A stretch of DNA of 63,750 nt, counting the filler, from Licmophora abbreviata (taxonomy: Eukaryota): assembly GCA_900291995.1 (NCBI GenBank). It is 9 parts of 9 records of this genome, joined end to end, with 100 filler letters (N's around TTAATTAATTAA, not from the genome) between each part and the next. Parts side by side here need not be neighbours in the genome. Positions count along the whole stretch, not along the records: positions 58,985 to 61,791 come from OLMU01005331.1; positions 61,892 to 63,750 come from OLMU01005346.1; 7 more parts are not named here. One strand, given 5' to 3'. Position 1 is the stretch's first letter; every line of letters starts with the position of its first letter. The notes beneath the pieces were generated by a model. The model was not told where the DNA came from. It worked only from the letters and a program-made list of their open reading frames with translations, and did not search any database. Shown piece by piece: positions 59,780 through 63,750 of this stretch. The position numbers and the translations under genes are program-made.

Positions 59780-61709
59780 ATGCACAGTCAAAGATACCTT
59801 TTGTGGTGCTCGTGTCTCGCGGCATTCTGGGTGTTTGGCGTCGCGTTTACTGTTCCATCGCACCCTCCATCCCTGTGTCCACCCTCTCGATATGACTCCT
59901 CCCTTGCAATGGGGCTACGAAGCTTTCTTAAGAACAAGCTTCAACGAGAGAACTCCGGAGACGACACGCCGATAGACGACGACGACGACGACGACGAAGA
60001 AGAAGAAACGGACGAGGCTGCTGTGAATCCTGTCATTCGAACGTACATTCCGGATGTAAATACGGAGTTCGATCCAGACCTTTTGGGTGAAGATCTCCCA
60101 TCCTTTTATCACGAAGAGTCTGTCCAGGATCGTATCAGTCGCGTCAAGTCGGGGAAAATGACGGACGATGAGAAGCAAGCGTTTCTACAGACGGCCTTGT
60201 CGGCCAAGGATTCCTCCGTGTCCCGCAAACCGCTTCGACAGCCCTTGCCTGGAGAAGGACATCGCGAGGATGACGGCAAGCCGAAAAAGTTTACTGCGAG
60301 TGCATCGCCCTTTCCCAAGGACACGCTTCTTCGCAATTTCGCTCGCGGCCATCGCAACAACACGGCTGAGGATGACACGAAAGATCTGCTTGAGTCGGTA
60401 CGCACCATAAAGGACGGAAGGACGCTTGTTTCACAGAAGAAGAAAAAGGAATACTTGGATATGGTTACGGATCCGAATCGATTCCACACCTACAAGAGCT
60501 CTGCGGGCCTTGATCTCCCCCCAGCCGGCATAGGAGAAGGCGTACCATCACGGGTCGAAGACAACCGTCCGCAGGAGGAGATAGGCAAGAGAGAAAAGGT
60601 GGCAACGGGTGCCAAGGATTTGGGTCAGCGCTTGGAGGCTGCGGCAATTGCTGAAGAAAAGGCGGCCAAGGGGAAGTTAAAAGAGCAACGCAAACGCGAG
60701 GAGGAAGAAGCCGAACGAAAGAGGGCGGTTGAAGAGCAGACACGCCGCCGAGCTGCCGAACTTGCCAAGGAACAGCTCGAACAAAAGGCCCGTCAACGTG
60801 AGAGGGAAGAAGAGGCGTTTCGGGCAGCAGAAGAGCGGCGAAAAGCGGAAGAGGTACGACTTCAAAAGATGCAGGAGAAACAAGAAGAATACTGGAGAAA
60901 GCAATTGCAAAAGGAGCGTGATATCAAAATGAAGGGAATGGCGGCCGACGAGAAGACAAAACTGCTACAGAAGGAAGCTGAACTCGCAGCGGAGGCAAAG
61001 AAGCGAGCTGAGGAGGTATCTTCAGAAACTCCCATCGTGGACGAGGTACGTGCTGATTGGCGTCTGAGGTGCGTGGCGTCGACGCCTTCCTCACTCATTC
61101 TTGTCTGTGCTCGAATCGCCGACGAAGCGAGAATCGCCTGGCGAAGTGAACCCCAACTTTCCCAAAACTGACCGTACCGCCGGTGACATTCTTGGTCGCA
61201 AGAGTCTCGCCGACAAGAACAGTGAACATAAGGTGGCTTCCCGAGCATTCCGTGACGAGCAGGCTCGAAAGAAAGCTGAGCTGGACAGACAGAGAAACGA
61301 GCAGATCTCTCGGCTCAAGTCGCTCAGCTCGCCATTGCCGTCGTCTTCGACTAGAAATGTGCCTCCTGCTCCAAGTCCTGTGCCTTTGTCTGTACCGAGC
61401 CCGAGGAAGCCAGCTGTGTCTCCCCCATCCGTGCGAGAGACGACGAAGCTACAGGCGCCTGCTCCTGCACCCAAGCAGAAAGCAAAGAAGCGGATTCGAC
61501 AGCAGCTTCCTATTGGTGATGAGGAGGACGACTTTGACACATTTGCGCGAAATGGTCCGAACCAGAACATGAGCATTGGGGATGCGATGGAAAAGGCCGG
61601 GGCAGAGCTTCTGGGGGGCGACCAGGAGGAACGTTCTAAGAAATGGGGTATCGACATGTCGAGGATCAACAAGTCTCTCGAAGAAGAGGAAACTCGCGAT
61701 GGCAAATAG
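59780..61709 (+). CDS. Uncharacterised coiled-coil protein with bipartite plastid-type presequence
   Basis: Signal peptide ending VA/FTVP, poly-Asp tract and a long E/K/R/A coiled coil. In-frame intron 61046-61127 joins ORFs 59756 and 61101; ends KKWGIDMSRI…. Confidence 0.75.
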
Positions 61710-61891
61710 AATCTGTAAGATGCGCTGTGTGCGCACAAAACTCGTATGCGATAAGAAAATTTTAGAGCTAAGATATAGCTTGTTCTTAGGANNNNNNNNN
61801 NNNNNNNNNNNNNNNNNNNNNNNNNNNNNNNNNNNTTAATTAATTAANNNNNNNNNNNNNNNNNNNNNNNNNNNNNNNNNNNNNNNNNNNN

Positions 61892-63743
61892 GCATATTCG
61901 ACTTGTCCCGAACAAGCATTCTTCCATGCTTGTTGAAGACAACATGAGAGCCAATCATACTTCGTTGGCATGAAAACGAGGCACTTTGTCTACCGGCATT
62001 CGTTGTTGGGAGCATCAATCTATCGCTCTGAAATTCCAAATCGTCCCCTTCAATGTGACCACTGTCATGTGCATCGAACGTTATCAATTCCTCTGAATCT
62101 GCAGATTCGTCATACGACACCAACAACTGTTGGTCAACACTTTCATGAACCATGTGCATGGTATCAACATCGACGCTATCATTTTCCAGAAAAGCAGCAT
62201 GATGATTATAAAACTCCACATCATGATAATGGGCCCCGTCGTCGTCGTCATTGTCATCGTCATCGTGGTCATCATTGCCATCGTCGTCATGGTCGTCATG
62301 GTCGTCATCGTCGTCATGGTCGTCATCGTCGTCGTCGTCTTTGCCATTACCATTGCTATCTAGGGGATCTTCAATTCCTTCACCACTAAGACTATGGTTG
62401 CTGCAGGAGGAATGATGTAGGTCGTCCAGCATATCATCTTCTTCATCCAAAAAAGGAAATTGTTCTTCCGACTCTACCAAAGCTGAATGCGATGATGCAA
62501 TTTGAAAGCTTTCGGATGTGGCAATAGAACTGTTAATCGCAAGTTGTCGGTAGTGCTCTTTGCATATGCCAGCATCACAATTCCGCAATGGACATTTGTA
62601 GTAGACATCTTGGTTGCATGAAACACATGCAAACCCACTTTCAGGATGTGCTAACACAAGTGGTACCTTGTGATCAAAACACCGGGCCGACGTTTGACCT
62701 CCCAGGCTTTTCAAATATTCATCGCGAAGTGCATTTGCATTGGTTCCTTCGTATTTCACATATATTGCTATATCCCATCCCCCATCCATAACGGAGTCGG
62801 GCACCCCCCCATGTTGACATTGTGAAGGCCATTGGGATGAGTTGTGTCCTCCACTATGTGATTGTTTCCACCATTTGGGAAAACACAAGCCTCCATGCCT
62901 ACTGTACACGGTCCCTTTGAATGGCTTATTTGTTTGCATCATTGGTGATGTGGCAATGACAACACGTAGTTCCCACAATCCGTTCACCATTTGCAACACG
63001 GTGGATTCTGCGTCGGCAGTATTTGGACAATCCACGTCATGATAAATAACCATAACGCAGCCGTCGCCATCCTGCGTCCCGTGAGACCAAGCAAATGCTT
63101 GGCCATGGTGAAGCACAAGGACTCCATCTAAATCTTCGAATAACCTTGCAATTTCTTTAGGAGAGTAATCTTCTGTCGGTAACGCCAGTTTCTCCTCAAG
63201 CAGTACCTTCTCGGCAAGTACTTTTCGGAAAGGATTGTTCCTACTCCCATAGACGACATGACCTGGAAAGCATTTTTTTGTAGCGTAAGTAAGCAACCAT
63301 CCATGCCAGTCAACCGTACTGCTTATAGATTTGGTAGTTTGTTTCCACACCGTAGGACAAAGAACCAAACATCCAAGAGTCACCCAAAGCGATCGCATGT
63401 CATATTCCGAAATGCTAGCTTTTGGCATGTTTGGAAGCTTTGGAACCATGGCTCCAAAACCGTTTGCAGGATGTACGAATACCAAGAAATTATTCCAGGA
63501 TGGAACAAAATGAATCTGTCGTCCCTCAGGATTGTATACCAAGCTAGGTCCAGTATGCCGTAACGAATAGTCAAGGTCTAGTGCGTCTTCTGTTCCAACA
63601 AATGTACCACCGCCTCGACAATCGCCACGAATACGTGAAAGCTCCATATTTGGAAAATAATGAAGAGCGTCTTTCTTTTTGCTTTCCCACAGCCAGTCTG
63701 GAATAATTCTCTCCTCTTTCATCTGTTCAATATGTGCCGCCAC
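61892..63743 (-). mobile_element. Partial long ORF, probably from a Helitron-like transposon
   Basis: Intronless, lower GC and visibly CpG-poor compared with host genes. Cys cluster (C-x2-H…C-x2-C…C-x4-C…C-x2-H), Asp/His tract, then PTTNAG…GSHVVFNKHG.ML.R, which I recall preceding Helitron-like Rep domains in diatom proteins (unverified). Runs into the gap. Confidence 0.45.
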
Positions 63744-63750
63744 ATCAAAT

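Overview
Gene-dense eukaryotic nuclear scaffold, most likely a diatom (inferred from ~50% GC, short GT-AG introns, signal peptide + 'AF' plastid-type presequences and diatom-style disordered/FG-GAP proteins). It consists of nine contigs joined by 100-nt N-TTAATTAATTAA-N spacers. The right part (28-62 kb) is mostly housekeeping: BCAT, FAM192A-like, LYAR, SZT2-like, crotonase, OSCA, SAHH, Pho88-like, IMPase and a Sel1 protein, followed by a probable Helitron-like fragment. The left ~26 kb is unusual, being almost entirely secretory-pathway polymer-building or modifying enzymes: two signal-peptide SET-methyltransferase/TupA-like ATP-grasp fusions, a type II sulfotransferase, two intronless processive GT2 synthases, two paralogous unknown secreted proteins, a nucleotide-sugar transporter/LicD fusion, a DxD glycosyltransferase-like protein and an AA5 copper-radical oxidase. 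Recurrent CGTGACT and E2F-like motifs lie upstream of several of them. I propose this as a candidate biosynthetic cluster for a decorated extracellular or cell-wall glycan (inference). Several genes carry single-base frameshifts in short homopolymers, probably sequencing errors. All family assignments come from motif recognition by eye; no database search was run.
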